Program-made: the position numbers and the translations under genes
The notes under the pieces: model-generated
The model's database searches: none
What the model saw: the letters and a program-made list of their open reading frames with translations, nothing else
Told to the model about the DNA's origin: nothing
Source: Candidatus Eiseniibacteriota bacterium
Lineage (GTDB): Bacteria; Eisenbacteria; RBG-16-71-46
Assembly: GCA_963744995.1 (NCBI GenBank)
Contig: CAVUWA010000005.1
Coordinates: 32,001 to 96,000 of the forward strand
Length of the DNA stretch: 64,000 bases
Direction of reading: 5' to 3'
Part shown: positions 10,142 through 18,977 of the stretch, in pieces
How the letters are laid out: each line of letters begins with the position of its first letter
Position numbering within the stretch: position 1 is the first letter of the stretch

Positions 10142-13100
10142 AGTCGCGGTCCCGCGTGCCCGCCGCCGCGCGCGGCGACCAGCAGCCGCTGGCCCTCGAT
10201 CCGCCGGCGGTGCCGGCGCCGCCGGCCGCCGGCGAACGGAAACCGCTCCCCGTCGCGGCCGCGGCGCAATCGGCCCGGCCACCGCGTCCCCGCCGCGCGG
10301 GTCCGGGCGCCCGGGACGCCGCGGGCGAGACGATCCTCGATGGACTCAACGACGAGCAGCGCGCGGCGGTCACCCATACCGGCAGCCCGCTGCTGATCGT
10401 CGCCGGCGCAGGCACCGGCAAGACGCAGGTGATCACGCGCCGCATCGCGTGGCTGATCGCGACCAAGCGCGCGCGGCCCGACGAGATCCTCGCGCTCACC
10501 TACACCGAGAAGGCGGCGGCCGAAATGGAGGCGCGCGTGGACGTGCTCGTGCCCTACGGTTACGTGGGCGCAACCATCTCCACATTTCACGCGTTCTGCG
10601 ACCGGCTGGTGCGCGAGCACGCGGTCGAGCTCGGCCTCACTTCCCGCCTGCGCGTGGACACGCCCGCCGAGATCCTGGTGTTCCTGCGCGAGCGGCTGTT
10701 CGAGCTGGGACTCGAGCGTTACCTGCCGCTCGGCCGTCCCGACGAGCATTTGAAATCGCTGCTCGGCCTGTTCGATCACGCCCGGGACGAGGACGTCCCG
10801 CCCGCCGCGTACGCTGCCTTCGCGGCGCAGCTCATGGCGGATGCCGGCGACGATCCGGTGAAGCTCGATCGCGCGCACGCCGAGATGGAGAAGGCGAGCG
10901 TCTACGCGAAGTTTCAGGAACTGCTCGCCGCGCACGGCCGGCTGGACTTCGGCTCGCAGATCGCGCTGTCGCTCCGGCTGCTGCGCGAGCGCGACTACCT
11001 GAGGCGCGAGTACCAGGAGCGCTACAGGTTCATTCTCGTCGACGAGTTCCAGGACACCAACCACGTGCAGTTCGAGCTGGTGCGCCTGCTGGCCGGACGC
11101 GGTCATGGCGTCACCGTGGTCGGCGACGACGACCAGAGCATCTACCGCTTCCGCGGCGCGAAGCTCGAGAACCTGATGGGCTTCGTCGAGGCATTCGACG
11201 GCACCGAGGTGCGCGTGCTCAAGCGCAATTACCGCTCGCGCCAGCAGATTCTCGACCTCGCGTACCGGCTGATCCACGAGAACGATCCGCACCGCCTCGA
11301 GGCGGCGCTGGGCTTCGACAAGCGGCTGACCGCCGACCGCGCGGGCGAGGCCGAGGTCGAGCACCGGCATTTCGCCGCCGCGAGCGACGAGGCCGAGACG
11401 ATCGCCGACGAAATCGCCGAGTCGATCCGCTCCGGTGCGCACCGTCCATACGACTTCGCCGTGCTCGCACGCGCCCACTACATGCTCGACGGTCTCGCGC
11501 AGGCGCTGTTCCAGCGCGGCGTGCGATTCCGCCGCGTCGGCCAGCGCGGCCTCTACGCGCGCGACGAGATCCAGCTCTGCCTGAACGTGCTGCGCATGCT
11601 GGCGGATCCGGAAGACCCGACCGCGGCGCATCTGGTGCTCGGCCACCGGCTGTTCGGTGCCGATCCGGTGGACGTGGCGCGGCTGGGCGCCGCCGCCCGG
11701 CGCCGCAACCGCGACGTGCTGAAGGTCGCCGCGGCCGCGCTGGATGACGATCGGGAGGACCTCACCCCCCGGACCCGCGAGGCGATCGCGCGCGTCCTGG
11801 ATCTCCACCGGCGCCTCGCGAAGACCGCGCTGTCGCGGCCGACCACCGAGGTGCTGTACGAGTTCGTCACCGAGAGCGGGCTGCTCGGCGGGCTCACCGG
11901 GCGCGAGGACGCCGAAGCGCTCGAGAGCGTGCAGAACCTGAACAAGCTGTTCGGCATCGTGTCGCGCGTGGGCCCGCTGCTCAGGGCCGACCGGGTCGGC
12001 CATTTCATCCGCCACCTCGACCTGCTGATCGACATGGGCGACGATCCGGCTGCGGCCGAGATCGAGGGGGACGACGACGCGGTGAGCCTGCTCACCGCGC
12101 ACAACGCGAAGGGACTGGAGTTTCCGGTCGTCTACATGGTGCAGCTCGTCGAAGGCCGCTTCCCGCAGTACGGCCGCGGCGACCCGATGCCGTTCCCACC
12201 CGAGCTCAGGAAGGGCGAGCCCGACGACCGGGAGGCGCGTTACCGCGAGGAGCGCCGGCTGTTCTATGTCGGCATGACCCGCGCGCGCGACCGCCTGGTG
12301 CTGAGTCACGCCGACGACTACGGCGGCATGCGGGCCTCGAAGATGAGCCGGTTCGTCGCCGAGGCGCTGTTGCTGGCCGCGCCGCCGCGCGGTCCGCGCG
12401 CGGCGTCCGCGCTCGAGTCCATCGCCCGCCACGCCCCGCCGGTCGTGCCGGATCCGGTGGCGCCGGCGCCGCTCGCGGACGACCATCCGCTCACGCTGTC
12501 GCACAGCCAGATCGACGACTACCTCACCTGCCCGCTCAAGTACCGTTACGCGAACGTGGCCAACGTGCCGCTCGCGACCGACCCGCGCGCGATGTACGGC
12601 ATCGCGATCCACCACGCGCTGCGCATCTACCAGCAGCACCGCCTGAAGGGTCTGCCGATCACCGCGGACGACGTGGTGGCCGCCTTCGAGGGCGCATGGT
12701 CCAGCGAGGGCTTCTATTCGCGCGAGCACGAGGAGCGGCGGCTCGAAGAAGGCCGCGAGGCACTCAGGCGCTTCGTCACGCGCGCCGCGCGCGAGCCGGT
12801 GCCGCTCGCCGTCGAGCGCACGTTCAAGTTCAAGATCGGCCCGACCACGGTGCAGGGCCGCTGGGACCGCGTGGACGAGCGTGAAGAGGGCATCGTGCTG
12901 GTCGATTACAAGACCGCCGAGATGGACGAGCCCGCCGAGGCCGGGAAGCGGGCACAGGAGGACGTGAAGAAGGGTCAGCTCGGCCTGTACGCGCTCGCCT
13001 ATCGCGAGATGTACGGGGTCGCCCCGGCCGCCGCAGAGCTCCACTTCGTCGGCCCGGGCACCGTCGGCCGCGCCGAGGTCAAATCGGAGCACCTGGAAGC

Positions 13101-13236
13101 CGCGGCCGATCGCGTGTTCGCGGCGGCCCGCGGGATCCGCGCCGCCGCGTTTCCCCCGAAGCCGTCGCCGCGCGACTGCGTGTTCTGCCCGTACTCGCGC
13201 TTCTGCCCGCACAGCGCAGCAAGGAGCCGCGGTTGA
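10138..13236 (+). CDS. UvrD/PcrA-type SF1 DNA helicase fused to a C-terminal PD-(D/E)XK RecB/AddB-like nuclease
   Basis: AGAGTGKT, VDEFQD, VGDDDQSIYRFRGA, KGLEF, EERRLFYVGMTRA; nuclease GRWDRVD...DYKT, QLGLYA; Cys in YLTCP plus CVFCPYSRFC. The TTG start overlaps the peptidase TGA. Confidence 0.93.
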   Translation: MKSRSRVPAAARGDQQPLALDPPAVPAPPAAGERKPLPVAAAAQSARPPRPRRAGPGARDAAGETILDGLNDEQRAAVTHTGSPLLIVAGAGTGKTQVITRRIAWLIATKRARPDEILALTYTEKAAAEMEARVDVLVPYGYVGATISTFHAFCDRLVREHAVELGLTSRLRVDTPAEILVFLRERLFELGLERYLPLGRPDEHLKSLLGLFDHARDEDVPPAAYAAFAAQLMADAGDDPVKLDRAHAEMEKASVYAKFQELLAAHGRLDFGSQIALSLRLLRERDYLRREYQERYRFILVDEFQDTNHVQFELVRLLAGRGHGVTVVGDDDQSIYRFRGAKLENLMGFVEAFDGTEVRVLKRNYRSRQQILDLAYRLIHENDPHRLEAALGFDKRLTADRAGEAEVEHRHFAAASDEAETIADEIAESIRSGAHRPYDFAVLARAHYMLDGLAQALFQRGVRFRRVGQRGLYARDEIQLCLNVLRMLADPEDPTAAHLVLGHRLFGADPVDVARLGAAARRRNRDVLKVAAAALDDDREDLTPRTREAIARVLDLHRRLAKTALSRPTTEVLYEFVTESGLLGGLTGREDAEALESVQNLNKLFGIVSRVGPLLRADRVGHFIRHLDLLIDMGDDPAAAEIEGDDDAVSLLTAHNAKGLEFPVVYMVQLVEGRFPQYGRGDPMPFPPELRKGEPDDREARYREERRLFYVGMTRARDRLVLSHADDYGGMRASKMSRFVAEALLLAAPPRGPRAASALESIARHAPPVVPDPVAPAPLADDHPLTLSHSQIDDYLTCPLKYRYANVANVPLATDPRAMYGIAIHHALRIYQQHRLKGLPITADDVVAAFEGAWSSEGFYSREHEERRLEEGREALRRFVTRAAREPVPLAVERTFKFKIGPTTVQGRWDRVDEREEGIVLVDYKTAEMDEPAEAGKRAQEDVKKGQLGLYALAYREMYGVAPAAAELHFVGPGTVGRAEVKSEHLEAAADRVFAAARGIRAAAFPPKPSPRDCVFCPYSRFCPHSAARSRG

Positions 13237-14021
13237 GCGGCGACCCGCGTGCGCTGCGCGACGCGGCGATGGAGATCGCGCGCACGGCGGGCGCGATCCT
13301 GCTCGAAGGCTATGGCAGGGCCCACACGCCCGAGCGCAAGGGGCGCATCGATCTGGTCACCGAATACGACCGGCGCTCGGAGGCCCTGGTGCTCGGCGAG
13401 ATCGCCCGTCGGTTCCCCGGACATGCCGTGCTCGCCGAAGAATCCGGCGCGCACGCGGGCTCCGGCACGCGCTGGATCGTCGATCCGCTGGACGGCACCA
13501 CCAATTTCGCGCACAACTATCCGTTCTTCGGCGTCTCGATCGCGGTCGAGATCGAGGGCACAGTCGTCGCCGGAGCGGTCTACGACCCCGTGCGCGACGA
13601 GATGTTCGCCGCGGCGCTGGGGGAAGGCGCCACCCGCAACGGCGAGGCGATCCGCGTGTCCGACATCGCGCGCGTCGAGGACGCCCTGATCGTCACCGGT
13701 TTCCCCTACGACGTGCGCGAACATCCCGAGCGCTCCGTACCGCTGTTCCAGGCGTTCCTGATGCGGGCGCAGGGCATCCGCCGCGACGGCTCGGCGGCTT
13801 TGAATCTCGCCTATCTCGCCTGCGGGCGCTTCGACGGATTCTGGGAGCGGAGCCTCTCGGCCTGGGACATGGCCGCCGGCACGCTGCTGGTGCGTGAAGC
13901 GGGCGGAACCGTGACGCGCTTCGACGGCAGCGACTTCCGGGTGGACGGCCGCGAGATCCTCGCAAGCAACGCCGCGCTGCACGGGGAAATGCAGGAGATT
14001 CTCGCGGGCACGCGCTCGTAG
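13233..14021 (+). CDS. suhB: inositol monophosphatase family protein
   Basis: DLVTEYD, LAEE, WIVDPLDGTTNF, WDMAAG; TTGA coupling to the helicase. Confidence 0.92.
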   Translation: MSGDPRALRDAAMEIARTAGAILLEGYGRAHTPERKGRIDLVTEYDRRSEALVLGEIARRFPGHAVLAEESGAHAGSGTRWIVDPLDGTTNFAHNYPFFGVSIAVEIEGTVVAGAVYDPVRDEMFAAALGEGATRNGEAIRVSDIARVEDALIVTGFPYDVREHPERSVPLFQAFLMRAQGIRRDGSAALNLAYLACGRFDGFWERSLSAWDMAAGTLLVREAGGTVTRFDGSDFRVDGREILASNAALHGEMQEILAGTRS

Positions 14022-14120
14022 CCGCGTCGGCCCCGACGCGCGGGAGTCCTCAGAGCGCCGTGCGCAAATGCGCTGGCATTCCACGCGTAACCTCCTTCGC
14101 GACCCAATTGGGGCGGGCCC

Positions 14121-14559
14121 ATGATCTGTCTGCGCTGCAGCCGACCTCGCTCCCGAGGCAGCCAACGCCTCGCCGTCATGACGGCAGTCGTTGCGCTCTG
14201 CTGGAACTCAACGGCGCAGGCGGTCCCTCCAGGACGCGCGTGGGCGCCGACCGAAACCTTCCGCATTCCTGGCCACATGTGGACGGAGCCGGATCTGATC
14301 GCGCTCGACGACTCCGAGGCTCCGTACATCGTGGCGGCAGGCCTCGATCGCGTTCACGCTCCCCTCGAACAACGCGGCCACACTGGAGGTGATGGACATC
14401 TCCGGCCGGCGCCTGGAACGTTTCGATGTCGGTCACCTGGGACCGGGGCGGCATGTGGTCCAGCTGGGCGGGTTCGGACCTCTTCGACCGGGCGCATATC
14501 TGATTCGGCTCACGCGTCTCGGTGAGACTCTGACCGCTCGTGGAGTGCTCTTGCGCTGA
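14121..14559 (+). pseudogene. internally deleted secreted protein: signal peptide and N-terminus fused out of frame to a T9SS-like CTD
   Basis: One frame gives ...AVMTAVVALCWNSTAQA-VPPGRAWAPTE. From 14344 a different frame reads SIAFTLPSNNAATLEVMDISGRRLERFDVGHLGPGRHVVQLGGFGPLRPGAYLIRLTRLGETLTARGVLLR*, which resembles the CTD of 52194..55613. That frame has a stop at 14296 and no upstream start. Confidence 0.75.
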
Positions 14560-14630
14560 GCACCCCCGTACCGCTCGCAAGGTCCAACGATCGCCATCCG
14601 CCACCGACCTCTTGTCGAATCCTTGCGGCG

Positions 14631-15917
14631 TCACGGAGGCGTTGGCGCAAGACACCTTGCCGGCGGTCGCAGGAAGGACAGCGCCGCTTTCACTCTTGCT
14701 TCGAGCGGTGCCCCCATCATCGGCGCGCAGTGTTCGCAAGCGCGCTGCGCGTCGGACCTGCGAAACCCGAGTCTCAGGAGCCAGGACGTGACGTCGTTCT
14801 CATCGTGCTCCGACGGCGCAGTCGTTTGCCGCCCCTTTTCGTTCCCCGCCTGCGCCGCAGGAGACGAAATCGAAGCCGCCGACATGTTCCTGCGGCTTTC
14901 CAGCCGCGCACGATCCCGCTTCGCTGCCATGAACCCCGCGCCGAACGCCCGCTCGGCCTCGTACTGATTGTGCGCGCGGCAGCGGAGCCGCAGGTTCGCG
15001 GCCGTCGATTTCCCCCCGCGCGCCACCGGCTCGATGTGATCGAACTCGAGCTTCCCGCGCGCCTCGCAGCGGCGGCCGGAGTCGGCGACGAACGTGCAGC
15101 GATCGCCGTCGCGCTCGCGCACTTCCCGCCTCACCGCCGCCGGAATGTGGCGGCCTTTGGCCGGGCCCTGCTGCTTCCGCGGCCGGTCGGTCGCGGCGAA
15201 GCGGCGCTTCTCGATTGCCGCGGCCATCGCCTCGAAGCCGCGCCGCAGGGCTTCGTTCATGTGCTCCGCCGTGACCTTGCGTCCCGCCAGCTGCTCGAAC
15301 GCCTGGATCGCCTCGTGCGTTCCCTGTCCCATCGTGAAACGCACCCCGTAGCGCTCCGGCGAAAGAGGCGCAATCCGCGGACGCGATGCGGCCGTTCCGT
15401 CCCCCTGGGGATGTGCCGGCGCCAGCCCGTTTACGTTCTCCGGGGAACGTGAACCCTCCGGGGCCGGCTCCAGGGGCGCCACCTCCATCACCACATCCGC
15501 CTTCGGGAACCGGTTCGCCAGGCATAGCTCGAGCGCGCGCTTCGAGCGGCCGGCCGCCGCGGCCAGCAGCTCGTCCGCGTTCTCCGGCTCGAGCTTCGGC
15601 GCCAGCAGGCACACCGCGCTCACCGACAGCCGGCCCCCGGCCAGCAGATCCCATATCGCCGGGAACTCGCGCGCGGTGCGCGCGGCCTGGATGCGCTTCG
15701 ATGCCCCGGCATCCGAGAGCCCGAGCCGGTTTGCGCAGAAGCGGAACATCGATGGGTACCCTTCGGGCACGTACAGCTTCCGGGCGTCGAACTCGGCGAG
15801 GTGGGCGAGCGCGAGGGCGGCGGCGCGGCGCTCGTTCGCGAGGGCGCCGATCATCTCGCGCCGCAGGGCGCCGTCGGTCAGGTGGGACAACTTCGAGAAG
15901 TGCATGTGCGCGTTCAT
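14631..15917 (-). CDS. DUF222-like HNH endonuclease with RuvA-domain-III-like C-terminus
   Basis: HIPAAVRREVRERDGDRC...RC...LEFDHIEPVARGG..TAANLRLRCRAHN (Zn-HNH); helical N-domain HLAEFDARKLY..GYPSMFRFC. Start is ATG 15917 or 15905 (track GTG 15950). Confidence 0.85.
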   Translation of the reverse strand: MNAHMHFSKLSHLTDGALRREMIGALANERRAAALALAHLAEFDARKLYVPEGYPSMFRFCANRLGLSDAGASKRIQAARTAREFPAIWDLLAGGRLSVSAVCLLAPKLEPENADELLAAAAGRSKRALELCLANRFPKADVVMEVAPLEPAPEGSRSPENVNGLAPAHPQGDGTAASRPRIAPLSPERYGVRFTMGQGTHEAIQAFEQLAGRKVTAEHMNEALRRGFEAMAAAIEKRRFAATDRPRKQQGPAKGRHIPAAVRREVRERDGDRCTFVADSGRRCEARGKLEFDHIEPVARGGKSTAANLRLRCRAHNQYEAERAFGAGFMAAKRDRARLESRRNMSAASISSPAAQAGNEKGRQTTAPSEHDENDVTSWLLRLGFRRSDAQRACEHCAPMMGAPLEARVKAALSFLRPPARCLAPTPP

Positions 15918-16399
15918 CCGCGGGGGCGGGTCACGCGGGGGCACACTCACTTCCTATCACACCGATTTTCGACGCGCGGAGACGCGCGCAGCGTGCCGAT
16001 CACCGCCCGGCGTCACACGAATTTCAAACAACCGCCACAATCCCGGCAGCGCGAGACTCCTGCCCGCTGGCGCGAAGACAGCCACGGGTCGCCGCACCCG
16101 CACGATTCACGCCTCCAAACCCGTCAACAGGAAGATGGCCGGCGCGATCAGCGGTGCTCGAACAGGAAAGGACGAGCGCATCAGGACCCGCTCGAACGTC
16201 GGGCCCCGGCGAGCGCGCACCCGGGCCGCGCAGCGTCGCACGAACTGGCCGGGCCCGTCCTGCCCCTCGAGAATCACCCCGCGCAGCGAAGGTGCCGGCA
16301 TCTGCGGCCACGCTGTCGGTGAACACGAGGCGAACGAGTACGAGAGCAGTCTCGAGGCGCAGCGCCCGAGAGTCTCCCCCGGCGCAGCCGCCCGCATTG

Positions 16400-16792
16400 C
16401 TACGCGGCCCGCTTCCCCTTCTCGACGAACGAGCGGATGCGCCGGACCAGGTTGTTCATGTCATAGGGTTTGATCACGAAGTCGTCGGCGCCCATGTCGA
16501 GGGCGAGCTGCCGGTCCTGGGCGCCCGAGCGCGCGCTGAGGATGATGATCGGCATCGCCCGGTAGCGGTCGTCGAATTTCAGCGCGCGGCAGACCTTGTA
16601 GCCGTCCATCTTGGGCAGCATCAGGTCGAGCACCATCAGCGAGGGGCGCGCCTCGCGGGCCTTCTGGAGGCCGTCCTCCCCGTCGCGGGCGTCGATGACC
16701 TCGTAGCCCTCGGCTTCGAGACCGAAACGCAGCACGGAAACGAGATCGGATTCGTCGTCGACGATCAGAATGGTGGGCGGACTCGTGTTCAT
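16400..16792 (-). CDS. single-domain response regulator (receiver only)
   Basis: ILIVDDE, LDLMLPKMDG, IILSA, GADDFVIKPY; no output domain. Confidence 0.92.
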   Translation of the reverse strand: MNTSPPTILIVDDESDLVSVLRFGLEAEGYEVIDARDGEDGLQKAREARPSLMVLDLMLPKMDGYKVCRALKFDDRYRAMPIIILSARSGAQDRQLALDMGADDFVIKPYDMNNLVRRIRSFVEKGKRAA

Positions 16793-16830
16793 CCCTGAAG
16801 CTCGCTCGATGGGGTGGACCGACACGGGGG

Positions 16831-16858
16831 TTATCGGAACCGCCGCCGGGGGGCTTGA
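16831..16858 (-). promoter_or_regulatory. possible sigma28 (FliA/SigD/WhiG-type) promoter
   Basis: Minus strand TCAA-N16-TCCGATAA versus consensus TAAA-N15/16-GCCGATAA. Confidence 0.4.
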
Positions 16859-16867
16859 CCCCCCGTT

Positions 16868-18814
16868 TCACGGGCTTGCGGACACCCCCGTGCCGGCGCC
16901 GACCGGCGGTTCGCGCTCGAACTCGGCCGATCCCGCAGCCACGCTGCCGGTGAGGTCGTCACGGACCCGCACGCTCAGGCGATAACGGCCGGGCGGCAGC
17001 GCGCCGAGCGGCACGGTCAGGAACTGACGCCGCAGCGGCCCCGCGTTGCTTTCGGTGCGGCTCGCGGTGATCGGTTCGGGGCGCGCGCGCGGCGCCAGCA
17101 TGCGCTGGATCCAGATGCGCTCGTCCTTCTCGGCCGATTCCACCGTGTAGACGTACTCGAATCTGGACAGTCCGTTCGCGCCCGATCGCAGGTGATAGAT
17201 CTCGAAGTAGGCCGTCAGCGGATCCGATGACGCCACGCGCCCTCTTGGATTCGGCTCGGGGCGCACCGACGTCGCGCCCGCGAGCGGCGCGCCGCACGAG
17301 ATCAGGATGTCGCTGAGCGCGATCCGCTCGCCGGGCGGCGCAAGCTCGATCGGCTGCCGGCTCACCCCGCGGCCGCGGGCGTGGTCGCGCACCGAAAGGC
17401 TCACGGTGTACGCGCCGGGCGCAAGCGAGTCGGCGAAGTCGGCGACCTTGAAGCGGTCGGGCTCGCACGCCGAGGGCGACAGGTCGCGGGCGCCCGCCAG
17501 AACCTGGCGGCCGGCCGTGTCCACCACCGCCCACATGGCGCGCAGGCTGTCGCCGGGCCCTCCCGCACTTTCCACTTGCGCGAGCAACCGCGGCCCGCGC
17601 GCTCCCTCGAAGCGCGCGATGGCCGACTCCATCGGCAACTCGTGCACCCCGGGGGGCAGGGCCGGGAACACGCCGCGTCCGCCGGGAGTCGCGACCAGAC
17701 CACTTCCCTCACCGACCTTTTCAGGATCCGGGACCGGGTCGGGATCGTGGTCCATGGTGATCGGCAGCATGTAGTGCTCGCTGAGCAGGCGATCCTGCAT
17801 CGTCACCGACATGCCGAGCGACGGGTAGTTCCACACCAGCACGTTGACGGGAAAGCTGCCGACCGTACCGAACGAAATGTTGAGTCGCTGATCGAGCGGG
17901 TTGTACTCGGCCCTGGCCGGCGGCCCGTAGCGCACGTACACCTCGCCGCGCATGTCCCACTCGTGGCGGCGCGTGTCGAAATACAGGAAATAGGCCTGCG
18001 CGACGCGCGACCAGTACTCCAGCCGCGCCTCGTTCTCGCTCGTCGTGAAGTCCGGATCGTGTTCGCGCCAGAAGCGCTCGACGAAGGCCGCCTGCTCGTC
18101 GGGGGGCAGACGGTGGAGCGTCATCGTGTCCTGCTCGGTCGCGACCGGGCTGATGTCCTCGAAGCGCTCGCGCGCGACCTTCGGCAGCCTGGGAATCGAC
18201 GCCATGAAGCCGCGCCGCGCCGTCTCGATGCGGCCCAGGCGATAGGCCACGTAGGCGTGCGCGAGCTGCGCCTCCGGGCGGCCGTGCGACGCCGTCACCG
18301 CGTGCTCGGCCGCGGCCATCGCCAGGTCCAGCTCGCCGCGCTCGACGTGCAGCGGCACCAGCTGCAGCCAGGCCTCGGGGTCGCCCGGCGCCGCCTCGGC
18401 CGCGGCGCGGAAGTTCTCGATCGCCTGCTCGAGCGAGGTCTCGTCCAGATACTTCAGCCAGTCGCGGCGCCAGATCCGCCCCATGCCGATGTGCGCATCG
18501 TGGTCGCCGGGCGCGAGCTTCTCGATCTTCAGAAAGCGCTTCTTCGCGTTGCTGTAGAAACCGGAGCGGTAGTAGGCGCGCGCGAGCGCCAGCTGGTAGC
18601 GCGGATCGCCGGGAACGAGCAGGGTCGCCCGCTCGAGATCGGCGATCGCCATGCGCCGATTCTCGATGGTGTCCGCACGCAGCCGGGACAGGGCTTCGGC
18701 GTAGAGCGCCTCGGCCCGCTGCGCGCGCGCAGGATCGGGAAGGCTGGCCGCCGCACCTCGCGGGACGGCCACGAGGGCGAGGACGGCGAAAAGCAGGCGG
18801 CACTCGAGCTTCAC
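16868..18814 (-). CDS. exported TPR protein with GWxTD-like domain
   Basis: Signal peptide, several TPR helix pairs, FWREHDPD.TTSENE.R.EY..RV..A...WDMRGEVYVRYGPP, beta-rich C-terminal region. Confidence 0.8.
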   Translation of the reverse strand: MKLECRLLFAVLALVAVPRGAAASLPDPARAQRAEALYAEALSRLRADTIENRRMAIADLERATLLVPGDPRYQLALARAYYRSGFYSNAKKRFLKIEKLAPGDHDAHIGMGRIWRRDWLKYLDETSLEQAIENFRAAAEAAPGDPEAWLQLVPLHVERGELDLAMAAAEHAVTASHGRPEAQLAHAYVAYRLGRIETARRGFMASIPRLPKVARERFEDISPVATEQDTMTLHRLPPDEQAAFVERFWREHDPDFTTSENEARLEYWSRVAQAYFLYFDTRRHEWDMRGEVYVRYGPPARAEYNPLDQRLNISFGTVGSFPVNVLVWNYPSLGMSVTMQDRLLSEHYMLPITMDHDPDPVPDPEKVGEGSGLVATPGGRGVFPALPPGVHELPMESAIARFEGARGPRLLAQVESAGGPGDSLRAMWAVVDTAGRQVLAGARDLSPSACEPDRFKVADFADSLAPGAYTVSLSVRDHARGRGVSRQPIELAPPGERIALSDILISCGAPLAGATSVRPEPNPRGRVASSDPLTAYFEIYHLRSGANGLSRFEYVYTVESAEKDERIWIQRMLAPRARPEPITASRTESNAGPLRRQFLTVPLGALPPGRYRLSVRVRDDLTGSVAAGSAEFEREPPVGAGTGVSASP

Positions 18815-18840
18815 GGAATGGACCCCTTGCGCACGCGCGA

Positions 18841-18869
18841 AGTATGCGGAGCCCGCGCGGGCCGGTCAA
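18841..18869 (-). promoter_or_regulatory. sigma70-type promoter of the GWxTD-like gene
   Basis: Minus strand TTGACC-N17-CATACT. Confidence 0.55.
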
Positions 18870-18904
18870 CGACCGCCTTCACGGGGCCCCGGTCCATCCG
18901 GCCC

Positions 18905-18965
18905 TTGACGGGCCCGGCGGCTTCGCCGAAGATGCGCGACGCGTGAACGATCATTCAAGTGTTCA
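18905..18965 (+). promoter_or_regulatory. promoter plus ArsR/SmtB-type operator
   Basis: TTGACG-N17-GAAGAT followed by TGAACGATCATTCAAGTGTTCA (18944-18965), which has the TGAA-N6-TTCA core of SmtB/ArsR operators, just upstream of the GGAGG RBS. Confidence 0.65.
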
Positions 18966-18977
18966 AACGGAGGAACC

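Noticed and set aside
7367..10282. 971-aa SBP, and similar apparent long fusions (9904, 23207, 24460, 25152, 38909 starts)
   Set aside because: The N-terminal extensions are read-through of neighbouring genes in other frames. Real starts are marked by signal peptides, RBSs or stop/start overlaps.
10024..13212. Very long antisense or alternate-frame ORFs (e.g. 10024..13212 -, 753..2411 +, 31121..34309 +, 34698..37151 -, 52173..55943 +, 19294..22254 -)
   Set aside because: These are shadow ORFs expected at this GC content: Arg/Ala/Gly-rich, motif-free, and fully overlapping well-supported genes.
12480..13236. Cas4-like domain implying CRISPR adaptation
   Set aside because: It is the C-terminal nuclease of a UvrD fusion in a housekeeping operon, with no cas1/cas2 or array.
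14631..15950. IscB/Cas9-like RNA-guided nuclease
   Set aside because: No PLMP start, split RuvC motifs or bridge helix is recognisable; only the HNH is shared.
16107..16397. Small ORFs 16107..16397 and 16024..16326 as real genes
   Set aside because: They have no RBS or recognisable motif and mixed codon bias, so the region is left as unexplained DNA.
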